From contig CDPCPM010000196.1 in NCBI GenBank assembly GCA_976551045.1, forward strand, positions 4,650,001 through 4,714,000: a stretch of DNA of 64,000 bases, given 5' to 3'. Position numbers and translations under genes: made by a program. This DNA comes from Glaucostegus cemiculus (taxonomy: Eukaryota). The notes under the pieces were generated by a model that worked only from the letters and a program-made list of their open reading frames with translations, ran no database searches and was not told the DNA's origin. The first letter of the stretch is position 1; every line of letters begins with the position of its first letter. Below are positions 1-14,130 of this stretch, piece after piece.

Positions 1-825
1 GGTAAATGGAGTTTAATACGCATAAGAGAGCGATTTTGCATTTTGGAAAGACACATCCAAATAGGAATTTCACAGTGAACGGTATGGCCCTGGGGAGTGC
101 TGTGGAACAGAAAGACTTCGGAGTGCAAGTGTATGATCTATTGGAAGTTGACTCACAGGTAGGCAGGGTAATGAAGAAGTCTTTTGGCATGCTTGTCTTC
201 AAAAGTGACGGCACTGAGAAAAAAACGTCAAGCGATCATAGCGGTACCGGAAGCTGCTGAGGCCACATTTGGTGAATTCTGTTCAGCTTTGATTGCGCAG
301 CGAAAGGAAAGGTGATATTAAATTAGAAGGTGTACAGTAATAATTTATAAGAATGCTGCCAGGACTCGAGGGACGAGTTATAGCGAGAGTTTTGACAAGA
401 CTTAGACTAAGACTTTGTTTCTTACAGCACAGGAAACTTATAGAGATAATCTTATAGAAGTTTATTAAATCATAAAGGGTAGAGAAAGGGTGAATGCACT
501 TAGACTTTTGGCTAGAATTGGGGAATCAAGAGCCAGAGGGCATGGGGTGAATTTTAGAGGGGTAAAGATTTAGGAGGAGCTCGAGGGGCAACTTTTTTAA
601 CAAAAGGAATGACGTCTATATGGAATCAGCTGCCAACGTTGTTGATAGAGGCACAATAACACATTTTAAAAGGCAATTGTACGGGTATATCGATTGGAAA
701 TGTTCAGAAGTTTATGGGCTAAACAATAACAAATGGGACTAGATAGGATAGGGCATATCGGACAAAATGGACCTATGGGCACGAATGGCTTGTTTCCATC
801 ATAGATAATTCTATGAATCTATGAA
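1..825 (+). mobile_element. CR1-clade LINE, 3' end of ORF2 plus 3' UTR (degenerate)
   Basis: Translates to a CR1 RT C-terminal-like peptide (MEFN..LHFGK..NRNFTVNGMALGSAVEQKDFGVQV). It ends in the CR1-type terminal repeat ttctatgaatctatgaa at about 809-825. Confidence 0.85.
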
Positions 826-1129
826 ATAGATGATGATTACTTCCTTCCAAGTCAACATCAACAATGTGGATGGGTACTTATTTCCCCCAGAGTGGAATTC
901 AGAAAACAAAACCAAGATCGAGATTTCAAATATCCATGATGATAATTTCATGGTTATCACACGTGCGGACCAAGGATCAAAGCAAAGTTTAGGAACGGAG
1001 ATGAATTAGTTTCAGGCCGTGTGATTTAATTGTCCATTAAAAACAATTTCACCACAACATTTTTTTCTGGACGAAATTCGTGATAATTATAAAATATAGC
1101 TGATCACAAAACAAAGAAAACCTTGTCAC

Positions 1130-1755
1130 TCAGATCTTCTTGAAATTTCACCCCTTTGATATTAAACATATGACTTCTAATTTGAGACTCACAGACCCAA
1201 AGAAAGAGGCTATCTGATCTATCTCTGCCCCTCACAATCATATAAACTTCTGTACATTGCTCTTCAAACCTCGACGTTCAAGTTAGATTAACTGGACTTC
1301 ATATCAACAACTTTCATAACAGGCAACATGCCAGTGAATCTGTGCAACAGTGTTTCCATTGCCACACCATTCTTCCTGCAGTATGGCTGTTAGAACTGCA
1401 CAAAATTGTCATAGCGAGGTCTGGTTAATGTTTTGTAGAGCTGCGATAGCAACTTCAAACTCTCATGATGAATGTTTCAGAATATGAAGCTAAACATGCC
1501 ATATGAGAAGAGTATGCCATATTTTCCAAGCATTATCATATTCACCTACGTGCCCATAAATTAAGCTTTGAGCTATGGACTTCCACCCAAGGTTTCTCGG
1601 GACAACAATACTCCCGATATGCTTGAAATCACTGTAGATGTATTATTTTTTTTTAATCTCAAAGTGCATTAATGCACACTAGTCTAGATTAAATTCCATT
1701 TGCCATCGCCTCCCCCAGTTTTTCAATGATCCATGTCATTTTTCATCCTTTCAAA
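1130..1755 (-). mobile_element. Old CR1-type LINE remnant upstream of GPCR copy 1
   Basis: The reverse complement resembles the 3' part of CR1 ORF2 (e.g. tccatttgcca = WQME antisense). Homologous remnants precede other GPCR copies (about 5510-6480, 17960-18280, 33000-33400). Confidence 0.55.
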
Positions 1756-2139
1756 AAGTTTGTGCTCTTTATCCTCCACCAATGTAATTTACCCTTTCTT
1801 TTGATTTAGTACTTAGCATAGAAGGTTCTTAAGACCAATCACAAATAGCAAAGAAAGTACGAAAGGATATTACTGATTACATTAACATTTTCAAACGCAA
1901 CTATGCGTATTCTTTTTTAATGCTAGCTATAACTATATGCCCATTAAATCAGTAAATAAATTACCAAAGTTCGAAAACGGTCCTACGATTGAGGGTAAAA
2001 TGAGGATACCACTTTATTTATGTGTGATAACAGGGAACTTGTTTGTCACTTCCCTTTGCACTGGCAGCACAGTCGCAAAATGTCGACAATTGGTAGCAAT
2101 AAGTGTGCTCTTCCTAATCTATACATCGTTTCACAATGT

Positions 2140-2245
2140 TCATGTGCCACTTGGGATTTCAATCCGTTATAAATAAGATGTTATTCTGAGAAGAGCATAT
2201 CATCTTTTCCATTGCTCTCGAAGTCAACGACCATTCTTTCTGAAA
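2140..2245 (+). promoter_or_regulatory. Putative proximal promoter of GPCR copy 1 (CACTTG box plus TATAAATA)
   Basis: TATAAATA at 2168-2175 lies 78 nt upstream of the ATG. The same block and spacing recur before the other copies. Confidence 0.55.
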
Positions 2246-5112
2246 ATGGAACTCCCGGTAATCGTATAAGTTGAAAGCATTTACTATCTTATACTGGCCA
2301 TAGTTGGCGTTCCTGCTAAGTTTATTATTATCAGATGTTCACATATTTCGAATGTCACAGTGGCATCTATATCTTCAGCTCAGTGTGAGCACTGCGCCGA
2401 CGATTTCCCACAGCTGGTTGGAATGACGCAATGACAGTATATCTTTGCCAATGCGCTGAATTTACTAATTGCAAGACACAACTCCGTTGAATTTATATTT
2501 ATGTCATGTTGTTTAAATCAGTGTTCAACACAATTTATTCAGGTATTCTTTTGCAGCCATGAAATGTGCGTCCCATTGCTTTCATCAAAAAATTGTAGTT
2601 TAGTTTATGGACAGATTTAGGCATCGTTTTGGAAACTAAACTGCCATACGGGTAAAGATTCGCTCTAAATGAATATATTCAGGAAACTTTTATTGAAATG
2701 TCTTTTTTGTTTTTTGTTCCCTACCCATTTTGAGTCCTGCAAAGGGAGCGTATAGTTTTCGGGTGGAATCCAATTGACGAATAGTTTGTAATTAATTAGC
2801 AGGTAAACATTCTTGCACTAGTTTGTGCGCCTGCCAGTAACCAAGACTCCGTCAGCAGTGTCTTATTTCACCAATGTCTTTTTTTTCTTGTGGGTCTTTG
2901 TGTGGGAAATTCATGGTCCTGTGGACCCAGTGCAATTAATCCATGCTTTCCCATGAAAGAATAATTTCAACTGTGCCAATTATTTCGTTTGGAATTCCAA
3001 AGTAATATCGTCGCGTATTGTTTGAATCTGGGTGAAACAGACGAGAGTTTGGTTATCACCTCAGATGTTCGACATATTCCGTACTAAATTATGTTCCCTA
3101 TAACTATAAACACCCCAAGAATCACACAGTTAAAAATATAAATTTCTTTCTCAACAGAAATTAATGTTACCCTGACTAACCATGGCTATCATCCTGTTAT
3201 CCACTCAGTGGAAATATTTGACCTCTTCTTTCCATGTCCGTTCTGTCCAATAAATCATGCAATTTGCAAACATTTCAGGCCAAGTGTGATTTGTTTCAAG
3301 GTATTTGCATATACAGCGACCCCGCAGAGTCATAATTCTGTTTGAAAAGTGTGCAATCCCCAAAATCTGAGATTTTGTTTGACTTGGATTTGAACGCAAG
3401 TAAGAAAAAGGGATTTAATTTTGCATAAGTCACTGAGACTAGTTGTCAAACAACTTCTTTTTCTTGACTTACTTATGAGGGTAAAATTAGGAGTTGGAGT
3501 TGAAGTCTCGGGCATTCGAGGCTTCAGCTCGTTAGCTCATTTGATTGCAAATGAGCCATTCGATTCGGCAATCCAGTCTAACAACGGCTACATTTCACCT
3601 GTTGGCCATTCAAAATCTATCCACTCAGTCTCAAAAATATTCTGATTTTCTGCGACCACAAGTTTATACGAAGAGAATTCGAAAGATTCACAACCGTCTG
3701 GACGACCATATAAACAACACTTATTGTCTTAAGTGTCGGAGATTGATTTTAAATTGAAAACAAGTTCTGGATTCTCCGCCTAGAGGTAATATACTTTGCA
3801 TATCCACTGTGTCAAGACACTTCGAGCTCATAGATATTGCAAGCAAGACACAGCTGATACTCCTAACTTCTGTGATACAATGCCAGTCCATCCAGGTTTA
3901 ATCATATGATAGTTAAATGTACTCCAATGCATGCCTTGAGTTATATCTAGCTCTGCTAAAATGTCGTTGACGGGAGTTTTTTTTCTGTCCTTCCAACAAC
4001 CACTCCATCCCAGAAATAGCAAATGTTCCGCAATCTTACCTCACCCGACATGGCGAAAAGTAATTGGATGAGAAAATAGTTCAATCATGCGAACAAAATG
4101 CAATTCTTTACATATTTTAATGTAACATGACTGCGAAATGACGTCTTTGTTATCACTTGCTGAATGAAAGCACAGGGATCATATCTGATGCAAATTTCCA
4201 CCCGCCTGCGGTGGAAAATATGAGAGAATATTGAAGGTGGAATCTTCTATTATTTTTAAAAAAATGCGTGATTAGTAAGGACAAAGAAGATAAGAAAAGA
4301 GGAATATCTGGTAAATTTCTGGAGGGTATGGTCTCTTATTCATTTTTGTGTAAAGGATTCTAACAATTCAAAACCAATCCCATAATGTTTTGGCAAATGT
4401 ATTTGTTCCAATCTCACTCGAAATGAATTGATGAGACAATAGAAAATTTCATTCTGATCATCATTCAGTTAAGCAAACAGTACAGCGAAACATTTTGCTC
4501 TATCATCACTGCTGGACGTTGATCGTCCAACATGTTAACGTGTACAGCATGCAAAAGATTTGTATAATTGGTGACTTTATAATCAGAATGGTGGCGCAAT
4601 CTAAAAGTTAAGAATACTTTATTATCCTTGCAAGGAAATTTCAGTCTGTTTAATTCTACTTTGTCTTTTGCAGCGAACATGATGGCAATTCTCATTATCT
4701 GCCGTGGAAATTGCGGTCTCTCAAAATGCATCAACTGGTATCTGCTGTCCATGGCTGTTGCTGACCTAATGGTTCTGATATTTGAAGTTATTCTCTATGT
4801 CAACGATAGTTATTTCCCGTATTCAACAACACTCCAATTTGTCGTGTTAATATGACTCTGCTTTTCATTTCCCTTGATTGTTCAGTCTGGTTAACCGTCG
4901 CGTTTACCTTTGACGGATTAATTGTTATTCGTTGCCAAAAGATACGAGCAAGATATTGCACCGAAAAAAGTGGCTGCTGTGGTAGTTGCCGTGGCATGCC
5001 TGTTAAGCGTTTCACAAAATGCTCTGTCACACTTTATATATGAACCTCGGGAAATAATTGACAATGTAGCTTGGTCCTGCCTTTTAAAGGCTAGTTTCTA
5101 TATATTGCCTAA
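2246..5112 (+). pseudogene. GPR139-like GPCR pseudogene, copy 1 (3'-truncated)
   Basis: Exon 1 (2246-2315) reads MELPVIV*VESIYYLILAIVGVP, with an in-frame TAA and the donor GT mutated to CT. Exon 2 starts at 4674 after ttttgcag (ANMMAILIICRGNCGLSKC..MAVADLMVLIFEVILY), contains frameshifts, and ends abruptly at about 5112 in ECL2. Confidence 0.88.
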
Positions 5113-5695
5113 GATACCACACTAACCAGAATTTAGCACATTTTCTCTTTTCGTTCCTGAATTTGCTGAGTAAATTGAGGGCTCAAATTTCCGAACACGT
5201 CAGCAGAAATTCCGTGTGAAAACGTGATGATTATTTCCCTCCAAATCATCCTCAACAATGCCGACAGTATATTTCTTTCAACAGAGTACAATTCTGAAAC
5301 AAACAGGCAATACAGAAATTATATCTGTCCAGGATGACAGCTCCGTGATCATCACATAAAGAGACCAAGGATTAAAATAAATTTTATGAACGGTGATAAA
5401 TAAATTGCATGTAGTGTGATTTAATGTTCCAATAGACACAATTTCAGCTAAACATTTTCAAGACGGAATAATTTTCAAATATTATTCATCATAAAACAAA
5501 GAAAAAACTTGCCCTTCAGATCTCCTTGAACATTCTCCCCTATCACCTTAAACCTGTGGCCCCTAGATTTAGACTTGCACATCAAAGAAAAAGGACGATC
5601 TGATCTAACTAAGCCCCTCATAGTTTTATAAACCTCCATACGATCATCCTTAGTGCCTTACGTCAAAGTACGATTAACCAGCCTTCTGAATGTTT

Positions 5696-5987
5696 AAGAT
5701 ATCTTTATTTGTACATGTACATCGAAACACACAGTGAAATGCACATTTTGCAAAGAACTTTCGGGGGGCAGCCAACAATTTTCACCACGCTTCCCGTTCC
5801 AACATAGCATGCCCACAACTTACGAACCCGTGCGCCTTTGAATGTGGGAGGGAACCTGAGCACCTTGACGAAACCCACATAGACACGAGGAGAACGATTA
5901 AACTCCTTACAGATATTGCTTGGAATTGCACCTGGGTTGTTGGCGCTGTAATAGTGTTACGCTAACACTACGCTAACGTGCCTGCCC
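5696..5987 (-). mobile_element. tRNA-derived V-type SINE, full length
   Basis: The minus strand has a tRNA-like head (degenerate A/B boxes), a V-SINE-like core and a LINE-derived tail ending ataaagatatctt. Related copies occur at 29506, 34546, 49368 and 63281. Confidence 0.8.
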
Positions 5988-7681
5988 TCTACACGACCGT
6001 GCCTGCCCAATCAACCGTGTCTGCCCGGTATATGTTATTATAACTTGCAATTTATTGCCAAACAAAATTCTGGAAAGTTTGTTCCACACGTTAGTATTAC
6101 TACCACATTCTTCCTTCAGTGCAGCGAACAGAACTGCATAAAATACTGGGTGTGGACTGAACAATGTTTCCTTCAGCTACAGCATGAACACCCATCTCTC
6201 ATGCTATATGTCTGAGACTATGAACGCAAGTATGCCGCGTGCTTCTTCATTGTGTTATCCATCGACATCACCATGTTCGTTGAGGTATGAACATCCACTC
6301 AGGTTTCCTCCTGATATCAACATTCCTGAACTTTTGCCATCTACGCAATACATCATGTTGGTATTTGATATTACAGTGTCTTATTTCACACTAGTCTGAA
6401 TTAAATGCCATCTACTTCGCCTTCCCTCACCAGCCCGATTTTCTAACTGATCCATGTTCCTTGTGTATCCTTTCAAAGCATTATTCTTAGTCCATTTGCC
6501 ACCACTGTTCTTTATCTTTCTTTTTTTCGCATTTGGCATTGAAACCCATTAGGACCAATCGCAAAGAAGAGAATAATATTAATATGATCATGAAATTCTA
6601 CCGCAAATGTGGTTTAAACATTGCAAGCTGTACCGATTTAAGGAGTACATCTATAAATATTTGACCAATGTTTTAAAATGTTTCTAACATTGGGGATGGC
6701 GAGAAAAGCACGATCTATTTCGGGGAATGTGTGATGACAGTAATATTTGTCATTCTCCTTTTCACTGGCAGTTTAACAACAAAATGTGGACGATTGTTAA
6801 CAACACATGTAATTCTTCTCACTCCGTTTGTTCAAATAAATGTAACGAATGCAAATCGTTTCGGAATGCAAATTTTCCTCTTGGGATTTCAATCCGCTCT
6901 GAATAAGGTTTTATTTTGAGAAAAGAAAGCTATAATTTCCACTGCTATTGAAGGCGGCGGCGCTTCTCTCTAAATATGGAACAGCCGGAGACCTTACAAG
7001 TGGAAGCGATTGACATCTTGAAATAGTTGTAATAGCAACTATTGTTGCAATAGTTACTATGCCTTATTAAGCTTTTTATTATCAGATGTTTCCATCTCAG
7101 GAAGGACGCTGTGGCATCCATATCTTCAGTGCAGTATGACGACTGCGCCAACGATGTCCCACAGTAACAATCGACACAATGACATTATCAATTTGACAAT
7201 GCTGAATTTACAAATAACTGTAAGACACGACTCCGCTGACATAAACATGTTTATGTCATGTTTCTGATATCACTGTTCACAATAATATAGACGAATGTTT
7301 CTTTCTGGCCATGTAATTAGGGCCACATTGCTTTCATCAACAATGTTTTGGATTTATGTACGGACAGATTTCACATCGTTTAAGAAGCTGAGTGGCCAAT
7401 CAGGGAAAAGATTATGCACTGGTATTCTAAATGGCTGCGGACAGGAATCATTAGAGAAATGCTTTTCTTTGTTACCTCATCAGGTCCAACGCTTAATCAG
7501 AGGCCTCAAGTCGTCGTGTGGAATTCAATTAAAGAATAAATTTGGAAAATCCAGCAGGCAAATTCGCTTGCAACAGATTTTAACATTGCCAGAAACCAAT
7601 TTTCCGTCTGGCGGATACTATTACGCCAGTTCGGTTTTTTATTAATTGACGTATTGTCTGTGGAAACCCCACTGGAAATAG

Positions 7682-7990
7682 AATTGGTTTATCACTCTCA
7701 CATATACTGGGATACAGTGAAATAGTCTTGCATAGCGTTCATACAGATCAGACCGTGCATTGAGATAGTACAAGAGGAGACGATGCAGTTTACAGAATAA
7801 AGTGTAGCAGCTGCAGAGAAAGTGCAGTGCAGGTAGACCTTGAGACGCAAGGTCATGACATGATTGTGAGGTCACTGGACCATCTTATCATACTACGAAC
7901 CGCTGAATAGTCTTATAACTGTGGGTCGAAACCGACCATGAGCCTGTTGCTTCGTACTTTCAGGGTTTTGTACTTTCTTCTCAATTGACA
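7682..7990 (-). mobile_element. Rex1/Babar-like LINE 3' fragment
   Basis: Begins aattggttttatcactctcacatatactgggatacagtgaa, the antisense of a LINE 3' tail. The remainder resembles the antisense end of a Rex-type RT. Confidence 0.55.
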
Positions 7991-8447
7991 ACGCTCTGGT
8001 CGAACAAAAAGGCACTTCACTTCTCTCTTTAGTGTCTGAGATTGATAGTACGTTGTAAACTAGTTTGTCAAGGCACATCGGCAACGGGAAATAACGCTTT
8101 CACATCCTCTGCGTCAAGACCACTCAGGATTATATATCTTTCAAGCAAGAGATATCCTGTTCTCTAAATAACTGAGATTAAAAGGCTGGTTCATATAGAT
8201 TTTGTCAGACAATACTGAAATAAATCCAAGTTCATGCTGAGAGGTATATGCTGGGTCATCTAAAACGATACTGAGGGGAATTCTTCCCTCCATCCAACCA
8301 ATACTCACAACTCCGAACCGTTAATTTCGTCTCCATGCTTTGCTCACACGGTCACAGCCACACGACATGACATATACAGAAAAAATTAGAATTGAGAATA
8401 CTTGAAGCATGCGTACGCAATGCAATTCGTGATTAACGTTAATGTAA

Positions 8448-11400
8448 CATAGAAGCATAGAACTATAGAACATTACAGCACAATAAATGGGCATTCGGTC
8501 CTGCCAGTCTGCCGAAACATTATTCCGTTACTCCCATTCACCTGCACCAACTCCTTAACCCTCCAGACTTCTCTCACCCATGTATCTATCCCAGTTATTC
8601 ACCTACAACTTAAGAGTGAGCCGCAATTACCACGTCAGATGGAAGCTCGTTCCACACTCTCATCACTCTCTGAATGAAGACGTTCCCCCTAATATTCCCC
8701 TTTTCACCGTAAAGCAATATTATATCTTACTTATCTCTCCTAATCTTGGTGGAAAGAGCCTGCTCGCATTTGCTCTGTCCATAGCCCTCACAGCCGCATT
8801 CAAATTGCCCCTCAGTTCTTCAACGCTCTTGGGAATAAAGTCCTACCGTGCTCAATCTTTCCCTGTAATCAACTACGGAAGACGCGGTAACATTCTAGTA
8901 AATTTTATTTGCACTCTTTCAATCTTACTGATACACTTCCTATAATTAGGTGACGAGAACTACACACAATACTCAAAATATGGTCTCACCAATTTCTTAT
9001 ACAACCTCGTCATAACAGGCCAACTCCTATACTCAATATTTTGATTTCTGAATGTCAGTATGCCAAAAGCCTTCTTTACACCCTTGCCTAATTGTGACGC
9101 CACTTTCTGGAAATTATGTATCTGAACTCCTAAATCACTTTGTTTCTCCGCGCTCCTCAGTGCCCTACCATTTACTGTGTATGTTCTGCCTTGATATGTT
9201 GTTCCAAAATGCAGCACCTGTCTGATTAAAATTCCACCTGACATTTTCCAACACATTTTTCCAGTTGGTCTATATCACTCTGCAAGCTTTGAAATCTTCC
9301 TCGCTCTCCACACTGCTTCCAATCTTAGTATCATCACCAAACTTGCTGATCCAATTTACCATATTATTATCTGGGGCACTGATACAGACAACAAACCACA
9401 ATGGGCGCAGAACAGATCCCTGAGGCACACCACTAGTCACAGGCCTCCAATCCGAGAAACAATCATTCACTACCACTCTCTGTCTTCCCCACAAAGTCAA
9501 TTTGGAATCCAGTTTACAACCTCTCCATGGATACCGACTTCCTGAACCCTCTGAACTAACCTCCCATGTGGGACCTTTTGAATGTACCTACTGAAGTCCG
9601 TGTAGACAACATCCACAGCCTTTTCTTCATATACTTTCTTTGTAACCTTATCGAAAAACTCTACAATATTCGTTAAACAGGGTCCGCTGCACACAAAGCC
9701 ATTGTGACGATCCTCAATCAGCCCTTGGCTGTATAAATACTTGTATATTCGATCTCTCCGAACATCTTTTAATTATTTACATACAACTGATGTCATGTTC
9801 ACCGGCCTGTAATTACCTGGTTTTCTTATAGAGCCTTTTTAAAACAACGGAACAACATGAGCTACCCTCCAGTCCTCTGGAACCGCAATCGCGGTTAAGG
9901 ACGTTTTAAATATATCTCCCAGGGCCCCTGCAATTTCCACACTCTCTCAAGGTCCAAGAAAATTTCATGTCAGGCCCGGGGGATTTATCTACCTTTCTTC
10001 GCTGTAAAGCAGAAAACATTTCCTCCTCGTTATTATCGATATGCTCCATCACACCACTGATATGTTTCCTTACATTCCATATATACTGTGCCAGTTTTCT
10101 GAGTAAATGCTGATGCAAAACAACTGCATAAGATTTCCCCTACCTCCTTAGGCTCCACACATCGACGACCACTATGATCTTCAGTCGGGCCCATTGTGTC
10201 TATTATTATCGTTCTACTCTTAATGTGAAAACCCTTCCAGTTTACCTTCACATTTTCTGCCAAAGCAAACTCATGTCTTCTTTTTGCCTTCCTGATTTCC
10301 TTCTTTAATATATTTCTTACATTTTTAATACTCTTCAAGGACCTCATTTGTTTCTAGTTTCCTCTACCTGCTGTACACCTCTCTCATTTTCTGAACCAGA
10401 CCGCCACTAACCCTTGAAAACAAAGGTTCTCTACGCCTATTAACTTTGCCTTGAATCACGGCAGGAACATGTAAACCCTGCACTCTCAAAATTTCTCCTT
10501 TGTAGGCCTTCCACTTACTGAACACATCCTTACCAGAAAATAGCTTATCCCAATCCACTCTTCCTCGTTCCTTTCTCATTTCCACGAAATTGGCCTTTCT
10601 CCAAATTAGAACCTCAGCTCGAGGACCAGACCTATCCCTATCCATAATTAACTTGAAACTAATAACATAATGGTCATTGGACACAAAACTGTTCACCTAC
10701 ACATACTTCTGTCAGCTGACTTTCCTGGTTCCCTAATAGGATATCAAGAATTGCATTCTCTCTCGTTGGTAACTCTCTATACTGATTTTAAAAGACTATC
10801 CTGAACACATCTGACAAACTCCAAGCCATCCAGCTCTTTTACAGTGCTGGAGTCCCAGACAATAAGTGGAAAGTTAAAACCCCTACTATTACAAGCTTCT
10901 GTTTCATACATCGGTCTGCGATCTCTCCACAGATTTGTTCCTCCTCTTTTCTCTGACTATTGGCCGGTCGATAATACAATAATATTCGGGTGGTCACACC
11001 TATCCCGTTCCTCAGCTCCATCCATATGCCTTCTGTAGATGAGCATTCCGGGCTGTCCTGTCTACCCACAGCTCTGATATTCTTCCTGACTAGTAAGGCC
11101 ACCCCTCCCCCTTTCATCCACCTCTCTCTCTCTCACGTCTCAACAACGGAACCCTGGAATATTAAGCTGACAATCCTGCCCCTCCTGCAACCAGGTCTCA
11201 CTAATAGCAATAATGTAGTAATCCCACGTGCTAATCCACGACCTAAACTCATCTGCTTTACCGACAATACTCCTTCAATTGAAATAGATGCAGCTGAGAA
11301 CACTTCTGTCACGGACAAACCTTGCTTTCTGTCTATACATGAAGTCCCAAAACTGTATTCTTATTGTCCATGGGAACGCCACAGGGATGCTCTGCTCTTT

Positions 11401-11630
11401 CTTTCTCAACCCTCTTCCCTCACCTGACAGTCTCCCAGCTACCTGCCTCATGACTTCTCGGGGTGACTATCTCCCTGAAACTCCAGTCTATTTCTGCCTC
11501 TGCCTCACGTATAAGCCAAAGTTCATCCAGCTCCTGATCTAGTTTCATAACTCAGTTTGTCAGAAGCTGCAGCTGGATGCACCTTTTACATATGCAGTCA
11601 TCAGGGACAAGTGTCCCTGATGATGCCCCA
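8448..11630 (-). mobile_element. CR1-clade LINE, near full length with internal deletions (ORF1 N-terminus, endonuclease, RT)
   Basis: Minus-strand ORFs give endonuclease motifs (KGGGVALLVR, YYRPANS) and RT motifs (CLTNIVEFFD, VDVVYTDFS, GVPQGSVL, KFGDDTKIG). An ORF1 zinc-finger/leucine-zipper remnant (DDCICKRCIQLQLL) lies at about 11540-11620, and the 3' (ttctatg/ttctata) repeats are at about 8448-8470. Confidence 0.92.
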
Positions 11631-12705
11631 GAATGCTAAAATTTAAAACAACAGATTTTTTTTTTTATCACTGCAGGTTTTACAGTCAGAATAAATGCCA
11701 ATTGAAAAATGTAAGAACATTGTCATAGATATTTTGAATTCATTTCACCATTTACATACTTGCACTATTTTGCATGTGCAGCTGACTTAATGGCAATTCT
11801 CATTCTCTGTCTTGGAAAATGCGATCTCAAAATCATTACCCGCTACTTGCTGTACATTGCAATGGATGACCTAATGCTTCTGTCATTTTAAGTAATTCTC
11901 TATAAGATTAACGATAGTTACTTCCCATATTCATTCCTGAACTGCACTCCAATCCGTCGTATAAACACGACTGTGCTATTTATTTCCCTTGATTGCTCAG
12001 TCTCGTTAACCGTGGAGTATACCTTTTACCGATTCGTTGCTATTCGTTCCCAAAGGTTACATTCAGGATATTGCACCAAGTAAAGAGCTGCTGTAGTAGT
12101 GGCTGTGGTATGCCTCTTCAGTGTTTCGTACAATTCTCCACAATACTTAATGAATGAACATCCGGAAATAATTGACAAAATACCTTGCTCCTCCGTTGCT
12201 GCATTCAGCTTCCATACTTTGCGTATATGAGGAACAATTTTGTGACTGGATACAATTTTAACTCCGATTTTGCCGTTTGTTTTGATTGTCATGGTCAATG
12301 GTCTGATAATTGTGCACAATTTACGAGCCAATATAGCGAAATAACGGACTCCGAGGAGGAGATATCTTTCAGAATGTAATGAACCAGAGAAGGCAAATCA
12401 AAGACAATCAATTAACTATGAATGTTATTTTCGTCTGTTCCTAATCCTTGGAGTTCACCTATACCCAATTTTCAGGAGTGAATAACAACGTTCCGTTCCC
12501 CAATGCTGACCTATCAGGTTACGTGGTGTAGTGTCTATGATATTGCACAAATACTTATTTATTTCATGTCCCAGAGAAAATTTAGAAATGATCTGAAGAA
12601 GGGAATAAAACATCGGCAGGAAATCTTTGCTTATATAATAAAATAAAGAAAGAATATTCGCTTCAGCAGATTAAAATATGGAACGTCGATATTCAGATGG
12701 ATATA

Positions 12706-12760
12706 GAGACAAACAGACAAGCAAGCAGACAGACAGGCAGATAGATAGACAGACAGGCAT
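12706..12760. repeat. (AGAC/AGAT)n tetranucleotide microsatellite
   Basis: agacaaacagacaagcaagcagacagacaggcagatagatagacagacagg. Confidence 0.8.
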
Positions 12761-13374
12761 AAATATAACACGATGTTCAAATCGTCTGTAATTTAGATGA
12801 GCGTACACGGATCTTCAAAAGATGTCAGAACGGAACCGTTTCTCGAAGTTATATAGAACTGCGGCAAATGAAACGCTGATAAATCATTTCACTGCAATAT
12901 ACTTCTCGGTTGAAATTCCTTCGTAGGTAATGTGCATGATATTTTGATACCATGATTTTTTTTTAATGCTCAATATTCAAGAGTGAGAGAAGGTTGTAAT
13001 TTCATTGTTTTTAACTGCCCCTCTTTTCCCTCCAAACGCTGCTGCAATTTATCCTTCCTATTATCTTCTTGCTCCAGTAATTCCTCAACTAGACCTTTGT
13101 ATTTCCCTTTAAATTAAAGATTGTCCTTACTTCAATAATGGATGGCATTAGGGCGGGTAACGTTCAGACTTGGGATGCTATATTTCTATGTTTTCTTCGT
13201 CTAACTCTTCTTTCTTGCAACAAAAAAAAATCTCGAATGCTTGCCATACTAAAATTGTGGTGCACAGGTATTTTTTTTATCAGATAATGGTGATTGCTTG
13301 GAATTCTCTGTCCCGGAGCCTGGCGAAGGGCAGATCATTAGATATACTTCAAGAGGAGATCGATTTAAAAACAT

Positions 13375-14130
13375 GAAACATCTGCTGGAGGAAGTCGGAA
13401 GGTAAAGAAGCAACTAACTGTGGTATCCAGGTGATATTCGACGTTGCGGATCGAGACCCGAAAAGTAAATAAGAGCAAAAATAAGTGGTCGGGAGGGTTG
13501 AGACACGGGCTAGTTGGTGATAGGTGGACTGAAGTGAGATGTAGACTAAAAAAACAGATGGAACCAGTTGGGTAAGGATGAACTGAAAGACAGAGGCTGA
13601 TGACTAATTGGATTCCGATAAGACCAACAAAGCAGATGGAGCCAACAAGGGGTCGTGGAAGTGAAGGGAATATTAGACGCTAGAAGATAATAAGTGGAAC
13701 CAGAGATAGACTGATGATGAACAGGTGGAATCCAATGGTGCAGGTAAGGGGAAGTGTAGGCCAGTTGGATTGGTGTGCGGGTGATGGCCAAATGGAAATG
13801 AGGAACCTGAGTAAAAGTGGATCTGGTAGAAGAGGGAAATGAGCACGGTGTCTGTTGGTTACCGGACACTGGAAACCACAATGTGAATTCTATCCGTTTG
13901 AAATCTACCCAATTGGTATACGAGATATTGTTCTTCGTGATTGCATTTGGCCTTATCGTGGCAGTGGACAAATAACAGACAGGTGGTCGTGTGAATACGA
14001 CCGGGTGCTGTTGGTTAGATTGTCTCCTGACAAGGACACAGAGAGATCCAGAAAAGGGAAAGAACTGCCAGAAATGTTGCAAGTGAATTTGAGGGCAGGG
14101 TGGAAGTCTGGATTCTTGATAGCAAGTTAT
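13375..14130 (-). mobile_element. Penelope-like element 3' fragment
   Basis: The antisense encodes HCHDKAKCNHEEQYLVYQLG, similar to the C-terminus of the Penelope GIY-YIG domain. The terminal sequence tgctggaggaag...gacgttgcggatcgagaccc is typical of these elements. Confidence 0.7.

Larger units (their letters stand above)
6976..12646 (+). pseudogene. GPR139-like GPCR pseudogene, copy 2
   Basis: Degraded exon 1 from ATG 6976 (MEQPETLQVEAI.. then a stop; donor lost). Exon 2 runs from 11782 after tgtgcag (ADLMAILILCLGKC..) to TAA 12646 with many frameshifts. The intron is expanded by LINE insertions. Confidence 0.85.
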
